Assembly: GCA_047638815.1 (NCBI GenBank)
Contig: JBLIMR010000006.1
Location: forward strand, 6,805 to 70,804
Direction of reading: 5' to 3'
From: Gammaproteobacteria bacterium
GTDB lineage: Bacteria > Bacteroidota > Bacteroidia > Flavobacteriales_D > JABDKJ01
Length of the DNA: 64,000 nt
In this document: piece by piece, positions 17,292 to 27,546 of the stretch
Numbering within the stretch: the stretch's first letter is position 1
Layout: each line of letters begins with the position of its first letter
Position numbers and translations under genes: made by a program
The notes under the pieces: generated by a model
Databases searched by the model: none
Told to the model about the DNA's origin: nothing
Seen by the model: only the letters and a program-made list of their open reading frames with translations

Positions 17292-17858
17292 CTAATTGTA
17301 ACCAATATCCTCGAAAAACCCTTCAGTAATTACAGATTCTGAGTTGTCTTCGTTAAGTGTAGTAAAAGTGAAACTACCAGACATCACCTTACTGTCAGTA
17401 TTAATCGATGTAATTATACCCTGTGCTTCATGGGTCGTGAAAGAACTCCCTTCACCATCTTCCATGTCTACACGATCTACTTTACCGAGTAAGTAATTTG
17501 ACCCTACAATATTGTCACCGTTAAATTCTGCATCAATAACAAAACTGTCAAAATTAAAATCCATAAAGTAAAGTTGGATTGTGATTTGTCCTTGACCAAA
17601 CTGATTAGATCCAGACACAATTATCTGATGTGTTTCGTTAGGAAATGAAAGACTACCACCAATTAATGCCTCATCCGCCTCAAAATACACACCATCAATA
17701 GTAGCCCTCAATTTGGGTGTCAACGCAACTGGATCAAGAACATTTGTTTCTTCTTCACTATTATCCTTATCACAAGACAACATAGATATTGACAGCAAAC
17801 ACAGTATTAGGATTGTACTTTTAAATCGTTTCATGGATAGAAATATTTCTAACATCAA
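17292..17858 (-). CDS. Hypothetical lipoprotein (DUF6252-like architecture)
   Basis: Lipobox SISMLSC (likely start at ATG 17834). Pattern DGVYFEA...SGSFTFT...ITEGFFEDIGY. Paralogous to 18245-18694. Confidence 0.5.
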   Translation of the reverse strand: MMLEIFLSMKRFKSTILILCLLSISMLSCDKDNSEEETNVLDPVALTPKLRATIDGVYFEADEALIGGSLSFPNETHQIIVSGSNQFGQGQITIQLYFMDFNFDSFVIDAEFNGDNIVGSNYLLGKVDRVDMEDGEGSSFTTHEAQGIITSINTDSKVMSGSFTFTTLNEDNSESVITEGFFEDIGYN

Positions 17859-18244
17859 AATTAAGAATTTAGAACGAATTCTTGTCGCACTCCCAAAATG
17901 TTTCTATTTATATGAATTACTTATGATGTTTTGGAATTGTAATCTACGCTAAAAAAATATCCGATTGTTTCCTGACATTGTCATTATCGAAAAATAGGTC
18001 AGGATAACCGATCGTCTCGTAAAGTCAATTTACAGCCAATTTGTATCTCCAATTGTGTCAATGATGCGCAAAAAGATTGATTGTTCTTCCGTTTTTAATC
18101 TCAATGTAGAAATTGCACGCTCCGTAATGAGTAGGACTCCTCAAACTAACAAACAAGAAAGGGCTGTTAAACAGGATATTTTCCGTAAATTTTAATCCTG
18201 CTCTGTAGTGATGAAAGATTTTGTGAGAAAAAAATCAGTTAGCA

Positions 18245-18694
18245 TCATTCATATGGCACGTTCGTAAAATATCCAGAACTTATATGTATTGTGTTGTCAT
18301 CACCATTATCATACAGGAAACTAAAAGTTCCTGAGATCGTTTGACTGATAGCATCTATTGCTACGGCTGATCCAGATCCCTCACTAGTGCTAGAATTTGC
18401 ATCAATATAAACGGAACCATCCCCGCCAATATAAATGAAACCTGATGAGAATCTGCGATCATTATAAGGATTAGTATCAATAAATTCACCCCCATCAAAA
18501 TAATCCAATAAATTCTCACTTTCAAACCCTGCCCCAACCATGAAAGTATCCATTGGCGTGAACATTCGTCCTGAAACACTTATAAAATACCCATCATTAT
18601 TTACTTCATAATTTCCATTAATCCATTCCTCGGCAGATTCAAAAACAACGCCATTCACAGATGCACTGAAAGTTAGTTCGGCTACGATGGGCAA
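18245..18694 (-). CDS. Paralog of 17292-17858 lacking signal peptide (possibly 5'-truncated or decaying)
   Basis: NGVVFESAEEW...ISGTFSFLYD...ISSGYFTNVPYE parallels the neighbour. The frame opens just after an in-frame TAG and begins at a TTG with no signal peptide or lipobox. Confidence 0.4.
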   Translation of the reverse strand: MPIVAELTFSASVNGVVFESAEEWINGNYEVNNDGYFISVSGRMFTPMDTFMVGAGFESENLLDYFDGGEFIDTNPYNDRRFSSGFIYIGGDGSVYIDANSSTSEGSGSAVAIDAISQTISGTFSFLYDNGDDNTIHISSGYFTNVPYE

Positions 18695-18856
18695 ATATTG
18701 AGAACTATCCTAGGACCGATTATTACTTTTATTTTTGCAGGAGAATAAAAATAAATTGAATATAAAGATTGCTGATATTGCAGATTTTGAAAAGCTCCTT
18801 TACTTCGTATTTGATGGTTTACCAAGGTAACCAAAACAATATCGCCAAAATATAAA

Positions 18857-19204
18857 TCAAGATTTTCTTTTTTTACTCGACTTCGCTTTTGGATTGAAAT
18901 CTAAACACTTCTGAACCCAAAAATTTAAATCTTCGTCCATATCAAATCCTATTTCCTCTACAAGAAGGAAGGATTTCATCGGTCGATCTTTTTGCATCAT
19001 TTGTGAGACGCCATCTCTTTTTAGCAACTGCTGAACATCATCAATATCTACTCTCACCATGAGTCCATTTAGGATAGCGGCATAGCACATTTTGTCATCC
19101 ACCATAAAGCAAACACCGCCAAACATCCGCTTGGTTATGTAATTTGCTTTTTTCTCATCCATCAGAGAAGTTAGACGTTCAACAAGATATGGATCATGGG
19201 CCAT
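18857..19204 (-). CDS. TfoX/Sxy N-terminal domain family protein
   Basis: 115 aa with KRMFGGVCFMVDDKMC...LMVRVD, typical of the TfoX N-terminal domain. Confidence 0.65.
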   Translation of the reverse strand: MAHDPYLVERLTSLMDEKKANYITKRMFGGVCFMVDDKMCYAAILNGLMVRVDIDDVQQLLKRDGVSQMMQKDRPMKSFLLVEEIGFDMDEDLNFWVQKCLDFNPKAKSSKKRKS

Positions 19205-19223
19205 AGAGAAATATCGTCAGATT

Positions 19224-21182
19224 TTATAGCCTTAAAATTCTATGCACTTCTTGTCTCCCATCAATGAAAATAGTTATGAAATAGTATCCTTGAGCACGTG
19301 GTAATTGCACATCAAAGTAATTGTGTCTCAATCCATTAATAGATTCTACCATTTTACCAGAAGCTTCATATATTACAATGGACTCTATTGATTTCCCCGT
19401 TGTACTTTGTATGGCTACTCTTCCATCTTTACTTGGATTTGGATATAACAATAAAGTCAACTCATCCTCCACTACTTCTTCGACACCATCAACGAATTCA
19501 GATATCAAAGTATCAGCGACCATCATAACAGGAGTATGATCGGCAGCAAGATACATTTCCTGAAAATGATCTATTTGATCGGAAGAATATTCGAACATGG
19601 ACTCTACCCATTTAGGGGGAACCGATTGATAATAAACTTTGGCAGTAATCTGTATAGGAGTTGTCGGATCGCCTGTGTAAAATTTATATCTAATTTTATC
19701 AGAGCCAGTTCCCTGCGCACCACTTTCATCCTTATTAAAATTGACGTCAGTTTCAGCAAGTCCAACAATTAAAGTTGTATCATAAGCAGTATGTAAGGTT
19801 GTAAATCCAAATGGTGTCATTCTGTTATCCTTTAAAGATGCTTGAGCCTGGGTAAGAATTGTAGTTGCATTACCTGTTGCATCACTAAACACATTTTCAT
19901 ATATCTGAACATCTTCTTCAGAATTGATAAAATCGAAATGCGGTTCGTATTCATCATCTCGATTAACAATGTTATAATCACCATCCAACAATCCAGAAGC
20001 AAAGATTGTATCCTCACCGGTTTCTAAATTTATAGCCAGCAATTCTACAAAAGCCAACCTAGATGGATATCCTGAAGGAAACTTATGTCCAGCTTTATTG
20101 ACAATTGTCACTTCAACTTCAGTGCTATCATCTCTCGCTATTTCTACAAGATCCAGATCCAAAGTGTTTTCTTGTAACATCGTTAGCGTGTGAGCGATTG
20201 TGGAATCCATTTGTGCAGAGTTGGCTCTTATTTCTAATGTGTCAATATTATCCTTTAAGAGTTTTAACATGAATACATTGGCTCCGGCAAACTCGTGTTC
20301 AAAGAATGGGCTTCTGGGTGGCAGAAAAAGGAGATTCGCTGCAATAATAACATCTTCATTTACCACAGGCATATGACATCCCTGACATTGTATGCTTGAT
20401 TTATCATCTACATTGTATGCCGAGTTCAACCATTCGTGATAGGTCGCTTGCTCATAGTATTTATTACCCGTTATGTTGCCATCAAGATCAATGGTCTCCG
20501 TTTCAAGGGAGTGACAACCAGCACACGCTTCCGATTTTGTAACATACTCATCATAAACTGGCGTAAATCCTACAAAGGACTCCATGGGTCCGCCAAACGG
20601 ATTCTCATATGGGCCATATAAATTTTGCTCTTGATAGTATAGTTCTCCAGAGAAATGTTTTCCAACAGAATCTGGAATCAGTTGATGACATGCCGCGCAT
20701 GAAACCCCGTCTTTAGCAATAGAATCTGCCTCAAGATCAGCCATCGTATAGGTATCCAGACCAATGTGAATGGCATTAAAGTAACCCAGCGGTGCATGAC
20801 AATCAGTACAAGAAGTTTCAATCTCCGTCTGATGCTGAGGATAAACTAGCGATTCATGATTTACTTTTGCCTTCCAAAATGGATCCTTTGCTGAATTGGC
20901 CATCATACTCGATCTCCAGTCGTCAATTACATTAATGTCAAAACCATTTTCATCTACACTAGCAATTTCCAATCCATCAAAGCCGTGACATCCAGCGCAT
21001 TCTCCCGCAGCCATAAATAATTCATTGGTCTCAAAAAGAAGTCCTAAACCATCTCCGCTTTTCAAATAACACTCAATGTTCTTAAGATCGTATCCCTTTG
21101 TCAATGGATCAGAAACATCAAAAGATAGCGCGAATACAAAGACTAAAACAAGCCCTATAAATAATATAATTTTATTGATCAT
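19224..21182 (-). CDS. Five-heme c-type cytochrome with T9SS C-terminal sorting domain
   Basis: Signal peptide. Five CxxCH motifs (CAGCH, CTDCH, CAACH, CAGCH, CQGCH). C-terminal LLLYPNPSKDGRVAIQ...YYFITIFIDGRQEVHRILRL is a T9SS type-A-like CTD. Confidence 0.8.
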   Translation of the reverse strand: MINKIILFIGLVLVFVFALSFDVSDPLTKGYDLKNIECYLKSGDGLGLLFETNELFMAAGECAGCHGFDGLEIASVDENGFDINVIDDWRSSMMANSAKDPFWKAKVNHESLVYPQHQTEIETSCTDCHAPLGYFNAIHIGLDTYTMADLEADSIAKDGVSCAACHQLIPDSVGKHFSGELYYQEQNLYGPYENPFGGPMESFVGFTPVYDEYVTKSEACAGCHSLETETIDLDGNITGNKYYEQATYHEWLNSAYNVDDKSSIQCQGCHMPVVNEDVIIAANLLFLPPRSPFFEHEFAGANVFMLKLLKDNIDTLEIRANSAQMDSTIAHTLTMLQENTLDLDLVEIARDDSTEVEVTIVNKAGHKFPSGYPSRLAFVELLAINLETGEDTIFASGLLDGDYNIVNRDDEYEPHFDFINSEEDVQIYENVFSDATGNATTILTQAQASLKDNRMTPFGFTTLHTAYDTTLIVGLAETDVNFNKDESGAQGTGSDKIRYKFYTGDPTTPIQITAKVYYQSVPPKWVESMFEYSSDQIDHFQEMYLAADHTPVMMVADTLISEFVDGVEEVVEDELTLLLYPNPSKDGRVAIQSTTGKSIESIVIYEASGKMVESINGLRHNYFDVQLPRAQGYYFITIFIDGRQEVHRILRL

Positions 21183-21356
21183 TCCCCTGGTTACATTTTG
21201 TTCAAATATAAATACTCTGAAAGCTCAAAGCAAATGATCACTTCAGGACTATTAAAAAATTAACTGCAAAAATTGTAGACCTATAATTTTTATGCGTTTA
21301 TGGGGCAATATTACTGGCATATACTTCATTATAAATGGTAATTCCAGAACATTTTT

Positions 21357-22097
21357 ATGAAATTCAGCATAATATCAGTTTGTCTTATCATTGTAACCAC
21401 ATTGAACACATTCAAGACAGATCAACAGAAGTACGAAAGAGTACGTGACGCCTACAAAGAAAAAAGCGCATTAATCGAGACTCTGCTGGCTAATCACAAC
21501 ATTTCAATAGATAAAATACACATTTACCTTCGAGCCTTTAAGGAGGAACAATATCTTGAGTTGTGGGCTAAAAATGTGGACGACAAACAATATCAACTAC
21601 TGAGGACATATGAAGTCTGCAATAACTCTGGCGGCCCTGGACCCAAAAGAAAACAAGGGGACTTGCAGGTTCCAGAAGGTTTCTATCAGATCGATCGATT
21701 TAACCCTTGGAGTAATTATCATCTCTCATTAGGCATCAATTATCCGAACAAATCCGACAGAAAAATTAGTTCAGCAAGCAAATTGGGTGGAGATATATTT
21801 ATTCATGGGAATTGCGTGACTATTGGTTGCTTACCTATGACCGATGATAAGATGAAAGAAATATATATCTTGGCCGTGGAAGCTACAAATAATGGTCAAA
21901 ATACTATTCCTGTTAGCTTGTTTCCATTTGCTATGAACGAGAAAAAGATAAAACATGCCCTCGAAAATTACGAAGTAAATAGTGAAACAATGACCTTATG
22001 GTCTGAGCTTAGACAAGGCTATGAAATATTTAATAAGACAAAGAAATTACCGTCAATTACATTTTTAGTTAGTGGAAGACATTTGATTTCTGAATAA
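21357..22097 (+). CDS. L,D-transpeptidase (YkuD) family protein
   Basis: SGGPGPKRKQGDLQVPEGFY...NYPNKSD...GGDIFIHGNCVTIGCLPM (His/Cys catalytic box). Confidence 0.75.
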   Translation: MKFSIISVCLIIVTTLNTFKTDQQKYERVRDAYKEKSALIETLLANHNISIDKIHIYLRAFKEEQYLELWAKNVDDKQYQLLRTYEVCNNSGGPGPKRKQGDLQVPEGFYQIDRFNPWSNYHLSLGINYPNKSDRKISSASKLGGDIFIHGNCVTIGCLPMTDDKMKEIYILAVEATNNGQNTIPVSLFPFAMNEKKIKHALENYEVNSETMTLWSELRQGYEIFNKTKKLPSITFLVSGRHLISE

Positions 22098-22134
22098 TAA
22101 AGGTTAAAATTGTAGAAATAATTGACGAAACACA

Positions 22135-23907
22135 ATGGCAAAAACACCAACAAGGATATTTGATTTTTTAACCTACCAATTAGAAGAGTTTCCATTAGAA
22201 ATATGTGTTTCTTCTAAAGTTCAGGGAAATTGGAAAGGCTATAGCACTCAAAATTTATACGATCTATCACATCAATTTAGCCTAGGGCTTTTGGCAATGG
22301 GTATTAAAGCTGGTGATAAAATTGGGATTCTCTCACACAACAACCGCCCTGAATGGAACATTGTTGATCTTGGTGCTCTACAAATAGGTGCTGTCGATGT
22401 TCCAGTATACCCTACCATTACAGAAGAGGATTATCTATATATATTTAAGGACGCTGAGATTAAGATAGCTTTCGTAAGTAATATGGATCTCTATAATAAA
22501 CTTAAAAACGTACAGGGAAAATATCCTAAGCTGGAGTCAATTTATATTTTCGAAGATCATGAAGGTGTACCATCTTGGAAAGAGGTTTTGGACAAAGGCA
22601 AAGGTGGAAATATGGAAGACCTTTTGTCATTCAAAGAGACCATTGATCCTGCGTCATTGGCTACACTAATATATACTTCTGGAACAACGGGAAATCCAAA
22701 AGGAGTTATGTTATCTCATAATAACTTTGTCTCAAATGTGATTAATAGCAAACCACGTTTACCATTAGCTCCTGGTGCGAAGGGAGTTAGTTTTTTACCC
22801 TTGTGTCACGTGTATGAAAGAATGATTACAAACCTATATCTGTATTCAGGCACAAGCATTTATTATGCCGAATCTATGGAGACAATTGGTGATAACATCA
22901 AAGAAATCAAGCCGGAAGTTTTCACAGCTGTTCCAAGGTTATTGGAGAAAATATATGAGAAAATTATGGCCAAAGGATCCGCCCTTAGTGGCATAAAAAA
23001 AGGATTGTTTTTCTGGGCTGTTGGTCTTGCGGAAAAATATGAAGCATATGGCGCAAATGGTTGGTGGTATGAGAAAAAACTGGCCATAGCAAGGAAATTA
23101 ATTTTCAGCAAATGGCAGGAAGCGCTTGGTGGTAACGTACAAGTTGTAGCCAGTGGATCTGCAGCGTTATCTCCAAGGTTGGCGAGAATATTCATGGCTG
23201 CCGGTGTGAATATTATGGAAGGTTATGGCCTCACAGAAACATCTCCGGTTGTTTCCGTTAATGAACTCGACAATGATGGATTTCGCTTTGGAACAACTGG
23301 CCGATTAATCGGAGAAACTGAAGTGAAAATTGCGGAAGATGGTGAGATACTAGTCAAAGGACCTAACGTCATGATGGGTTATTATAATCAACCTGAAAAA
23401 ACGGCTGAGGCAATTGACAAAGATGGTTGGTTCCACACAGGCGATATTGGGATTTTACAGGAAGGTCAATACCTGAAAATTACAGATCGAAAAAAGGAAA
23501 TGTTTAAGACTTCGGGAGGTAAATATATCGCCCCGCAACTTCTTGAAAATGAATTGAAGCAAAGCAGATTTATTGAGCAACTAATTGTTATTGGCGAAAA
23601 CCAGAAACATGCCGCGGCCCTTATCGTCCCCAATTTTGATTTCATTAAATCATATTGCGATATTCAAGGGATAACCTATGATTCCAATGAGAAGATCGTG
23701 GAAAACCAAAGAATAACTGATAGAGTAGCACAAGAAATTGATTTTTATAATTCGAAGTTTGCCCAGTGGGAAACCATTAAAAAATTCAGATTACTACCAC
23801 AAGAATTTTCTATTGCTACTGGAGAGCTGACACCAACGCTTAAGTTGAAAAGAAAGGTTATTATGGCCAAATATACGGATCTGGTGGATGAACTTTATAG
23901 GGATTAA
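22135..23907 (+). CDS. Long-chain fatty acid-CoA ligase (AMP-forming)
   Basis: AMP-binding box YTSGTTGNPKGV, GYGLTETS, TGDIG...DRKKEMFKTSGGKYI. Length is typical of the FadD/FACS class. Confidence 0.9.
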   Translation: MAKTPTRIFDFLTYQLEEFPLEICVSSKVQGNWKGYSTQNLYDLSHQFSLGLLAMGIKAGDKIGILSHNNRPEWNIVDLGALQIGAVDVPVYPTITEEDYLYIFKDAEIKIAFVSNMDLYNKLKNVQGKYPKLESIYIFEDHEGVPSWKEVLDKGKGGNMEDLLSFKETIDPASLATLIYTSGTTGNPKGVMLSHNNFVSNVINSKPRLPLAPGAKGVSFLPLCHVYERMITNLYLYSGTSIYYAESMETIGDNIKEIKPEVFTAVPRLLEKIYEKIMAKGSALSGIKKGLFFWAVGLAEKYEAYGANGWWYEKKLAIARKLIFSKWQEALGGNVQVVASGSAALSPRLARIFMAAGVNIMEGYGLTETSPVVSVNELDNDGFRFGTTGRLIGETEVKIAEDGEILVKGPNVMMGYYNQPEKTAEAIDKDGWFHTGDIGILQEGQYLKITDRKKEMFKTSGGKYIAPQLLENELKQSRFIEQLIVIGENQKHAAALIVPNFDFIKSYCDIQGITYDSNEKIVENQRITDRVAQEIDFYNSKFAQWETIKKFRLLPQEFSIATGELTPTLKLKRKVIMAKYTDLVDELYRD

Positions 23908-24009
23908 TTCTTAATCGGGGAAGAGTTAAAAAGTTAGAGGAAATAGTAGTCTGTAATCAGTTCTTAAGTACTCTAAAGGTAGATTCCTGAGCATGTCGTA
24001 GGGCCGGTA

Positions 24010-24685
24010 TTATTCCTTCACAAGTTTCGTTGAATAAACTACTCCATCACCTGTCAATTGCATTAAATAAATGCCAGTAGTAAATAATCTAAGATCAACC
24101 TCAAACCGATCAGATAAAACATCCTTTTCACTAAAGATCTTCTTACCTAGAGTATTATAAACGGATGAAACGTAGGTGCCTGATAACGGCACGAGGGTCG
24201 GTAATTCAATGTAGAAAATCCCACTACTAGGGTTGGGATAAACCGATAAAGTATTCTGTTCATATTCCTTAATACCAACTATCTCCACCATTGATAGTTT
24301 TCCATAAACCTGATGCAGATGTTCCTGCAAAAACAACATTCGGATTTCCAAAAGGATCTGTCCATGCACAATCAACCCTTCCCATATAATGTCCGGTATA
24401 GCTCACTGGCCCCATTTCTGTCCAAGGTAATGGATTTCCCGATTCACATACAGGTTCTGCTATCCATTGCTCCAAACTTTCATGATAATTACTAAATAAT
24501 CCTGATGTTGCAGGGTCTGATGTTTCAGCTCGACCTTTCCAATAATGTACGAAACGGTGAAAATATTTAATGTCTTTTTTCAACTCATCACTTGCAGTTG
24601 ATTCATCATAGTCTTCAAGAAATAGTTCAAAGCTTTCTTCCAAGGCGTGAAATTTCAGCTCATTACCATCGGATTTTCGCCACAT
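24010..24685 (-). pseudogene. Collapsed remnant of a T9SS-secreted BNR/Asp-box protein
   Basis: A 138-aa N-terminal frame ends at 24269 right after an Asp-box-like GLWKTINGGDSW. About 20 nt later, in another frame, only a T9SS CTD remains (LSVYPNPSSGIFYIEL...LMQLTGDGVVYSTKLVKE). There is no signal peptide and no beta-propeller body. Confidence 0.45.
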
Positions 24686-25241
24686 CTCTTTATTTATATT
24701 TTGAGAATAAATTTTGACAGGAATAAAAAAATAACAACAAGGATACTATGGATAATCGGATGATTGAACAGCCGAAATCAGCAATATTATTTAATTTGAT
24801 AATGATATAGTTAATTAATAGTTTTTGAATCAAGATTATATCACATTTTAGAATAATATGGTTCGAATGCTCGAATTGCTAAGCGAAAGCTCGCAATTCA
24901 GATTTTACACTGCGAAGTGTGACCACTTCCTTTGATAAAACAAAAAATACTTATTCATAATTGACTTATTTGTAAAGCCATATCCAGAAGTAGGAATAAT
25001 TCAAGCCCTTTGTCTTAAGCATTACAGAGATCAGTAACCTCAGACTTGACATTCTAAAAACTGATAAGTGACCAATTACGTGAACTGACCCAAAAAACCA
25101 ATCCCCACATCGCAATCAATGATTACCTTTTAATATTTTCAACCATCACTTTCCTCGAACAATCCATTATTCATTGTAAAACTAATATCTTGCTTGATGT
25201 GACTATTAAAGTCTACTTTTACAGGCTTTAAAAAATATTAG

Positions 25242-26867
25242 ATGACTCCATTCATAAGAAAGCGTGTTGCCAACGCCAAAAACGATATCCTTTCTGGACT
25301 TACTGTTGCATTAGCCCTTGTTCCAGAGGCAGTTGCGTTTGCTTTCGTAGCAGGTGTTGACCCTCTTGTTGGACTTTATGCGGCATTTATGATTGGTCTT
25401 ATTACCGCAATTTTTGGTGGTAGACCTGGGATGATTTCTGGTGCTACTGGAGCTTTGGCCGTAGTAATGGTGAGCTTGGTGGCAGAAGGAAATGCCATGG
25501 GTGAGGCAGCTGAGCAACTCGGTTTGTACTATCTATTTGCGACCGTTATTTTAATGGGAATCATTCAAATGCTTGCTGGACTTCTCAAGATGGGAAAATT
25601 TGTTCGGCTTATCCCCCATCCAGTTATGATGGGCTTTGTCAACGGATTGGCCATAGTTATTTTTATATCTCAGTTGGGCATGTTTCCACAATTGGTTCCT
25701 GAAGGTATCGAATTTTGGGGCAATATGGGCCCTTGGTTCGGTGAGGTCTTCTCTAACTCTGCCCTTTGGATAATGACAGCATTTGTAGGATTGACCATGT
25801 TATTGATGTTTGGGCTGCCAAAAATTTCCAAGAAAATTCCTGATGCTTTGGTTGCAATCCTCGTTGTATCTGCCATTGCCATATTCGGCAACTTGGATTT
25901 GGCGACAGTTGGTAGTTTCATAAAAGATGGTGGTGGTGCGGGACTTGAAGGAGGTCTGCCACAATTTCAATTTGACATTTTCAACAAGGTCCCTTTTACT
26001 CTGGAAACATTATGGTTCATCGGACCCTATGCTTTGATTCTTGCCGCAATTGGTCTTATAGAATCACTCATGACTTTGAACCTGATAGATGAACTTACAG
26101 ACACCCGTGGAAATTCCAATAGAGAATGTATGGCCCAAGGAGGTGCAAATATCGTGACAGGCTTGTTTGGCGGAATGGGTGGTTGCGCAATGATAGGACA
26201 ATCCCTGATCAACATCAAAGGAGGTGGTAGAACGCGATTATCAGGGGTAGTTGCTGCATTGGCATTACTGGCCTTTATCCTATTTGGATCGAGTCTTATC
26301 GAACAGGTACCTATTGCAGCACTAGTAGGTGTAATGTTCATGGTTGTGATTGGCACATTTGCTTGGTCTAGTTTTAGAATACTAAATAAAATTCCTTTTT
26401 CAGATGCCTTTGTCCTTATATTGGTTTCAGCGGTGACCGTGTTTTTCGATCTCGCTGTGGCAGTAATTGCTGGTGTAATCGTTAGTGCATTAGTCTTCTC
26501 ATGGAATAGTGCAAAAAGAATTCGGGCAAGAAAACACGTGAAAGATGATGGTACGAAAGTTTATGAAATTTGGGGGCCATTGTTCTTTGGAAGCATCCAA
26601 GCTTTCAATAGTAAATTTGATGTGTCTAATGATCCTGATAACGTTGAAATCGACTTCATAGAATCAAAAATTACGGACCACTCTGCGCTAGAAGCGTTAT
26701 TTGCACTCGTTGAGAGATATGAAAAAGCTGGAAAAAAAGTAACCCTGAAACACTTAAGCGAAGATTGTAAATCAATAATGGTAAAGGCTTCGCCAAAGTT
26801 GGCTGGTGTTATCGAGGAAGCTGTTGATGACCCAAGATACTTCGTGATGGCAAAGGCAATGGAATAG
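25242..26867 (+). CDS. SulP family inorganic anion transporter with C-terminal STAS domain
   Basis: 541 aa, many TM helices, SulP-like N-terminus (DILSGLTVALALVPEAVAFA), and a soluble C-terminal STAS-like domain (VEIDFIESKITDHSALEAL). Confidence 0.9.
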   Translation: MTPFIRKRVANAKNDILSGLTVALALVPEAVAFAFVAGVDPLVGLYAAFMIGLITAIFGGRPGMISGATGALAVVMVSLVAEGNAMGEAAEQLGLYYLFATVILMGIIQMLAGLLKMGKFVRLIPHPVMMGFVNGLAIVIFISQLGMFPQLVPEGIEFWGNMGPWFGEVFSNSALWIMTAFVGLTMLLMFGLPKISKKIPDALVAILVVSAIAIFGNLDLATVGSFIKDGGGAGLEGGLPQFQFDIFNKVPFTLETLWFIGPYALILAAIGLIESLMTLNLIDELTDTRGNSNRECMAQGGANIVTGLFGGMGGCAMIGQSLINIKGGGRTRLSGVVAALALLAFILFGSSLIEQVPIAALVGVMFMVVIGTFAWSSFRILNKIPFSDAFVLILVSAVTVFFDLAVAVIAGVIVSALVFSWNSAKRIRARKHVKDDGTKVYEIWGPLFFGSIQAFNSKFDVSNDPDNVEIDFIESKITDHSALEALFALVERYEKAGKKVTLKHLSEDCKSIMVKASPKLAGVIEEAVDDPRYFVMAKAME

Positions 26868-26907
26868 TTAGATCTATCATGTAGCCTTTTCCTGGAAATT
26901 TTGAGCT

Positions 26908-27300
26908 TTATTCCTGACTTGCTTTACTATTAAGTTCATCCAAATCTTTTTGAAATCTGGCAATCAATTCGGAAGAAAAAGAATTGATCATAACATTTTC
27001 AGACTCCTCTGCTCCTTTCGCTGCATCTGCGATCTTTTGCATGGCTAAAATAAACTCTGTGTATTCTGGTGCTGGGCCATAATCATGGCAAAAATCAATC
27101 ACTGCCTTGTAGGTCTTCTCCACATTGACATCATTTTCCTGTGCATAATCGAATGACCATTTGATTTCTTTTGACCACTCATGATCTTCTAAAAGAGCAA
27201 GTAATGCCTCTTTTTCTTCATTTTGAATAACCCCATCAGCCTTAGCAATAACGTATAGTAGTTCACCAAATTTATCAATCAAACGTTCTTTGTCAAGCAT
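26908..27300 (-). CDS. TerB-like helical protein
   Basis: LLYVIAKADGVIQNEEKEALLALL resembles the TerB/DnaJ-like co-chaperone helical fold. Weak call. Confidence 0.45.
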   Translation of the reverse strand: MLDKERLIDKFGELLYVIAKADGVIQNEEKEALLALLEDHEWSKEIKWSFDYAQENDVNVEKTYKAVIDFCHDYGPAPEYTEFILAMQKIADAAKGAEESENVMINSFSSELIARFQKDLDELNSKASQE

Positions 27301-27546
27301 ATTTTTTATCGCAGTTAGTTAGTTTTATTCAGACTTACATACTTTCAGCAAGATAATGAATCTAAAAGACTATGCAAATAATTCCAAGAATAGAATAATG
27401 ATGTTATTTCACTAGAAAATTATTAATTAAAGTGCTTATATCAGTGTACAATATGAGCCTTGGTATTGAATTTTATTTTAAATAATCCCGACATCAAATA
27501 ATCAGTTTTACCAATCAAGTATTTCAAAAAATTTCGGAATACTATT

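Noticed and set aside
26027-26356. 109-aa antisense ORF inside the SulP gene (also 25311-25517 and 25670-25921)
   Set aside because: Antisense frames of a hydrophobic, relatively GC-richer transporter gene commonly stay open. The translation is Pro/Ile-rich and there is no start context.
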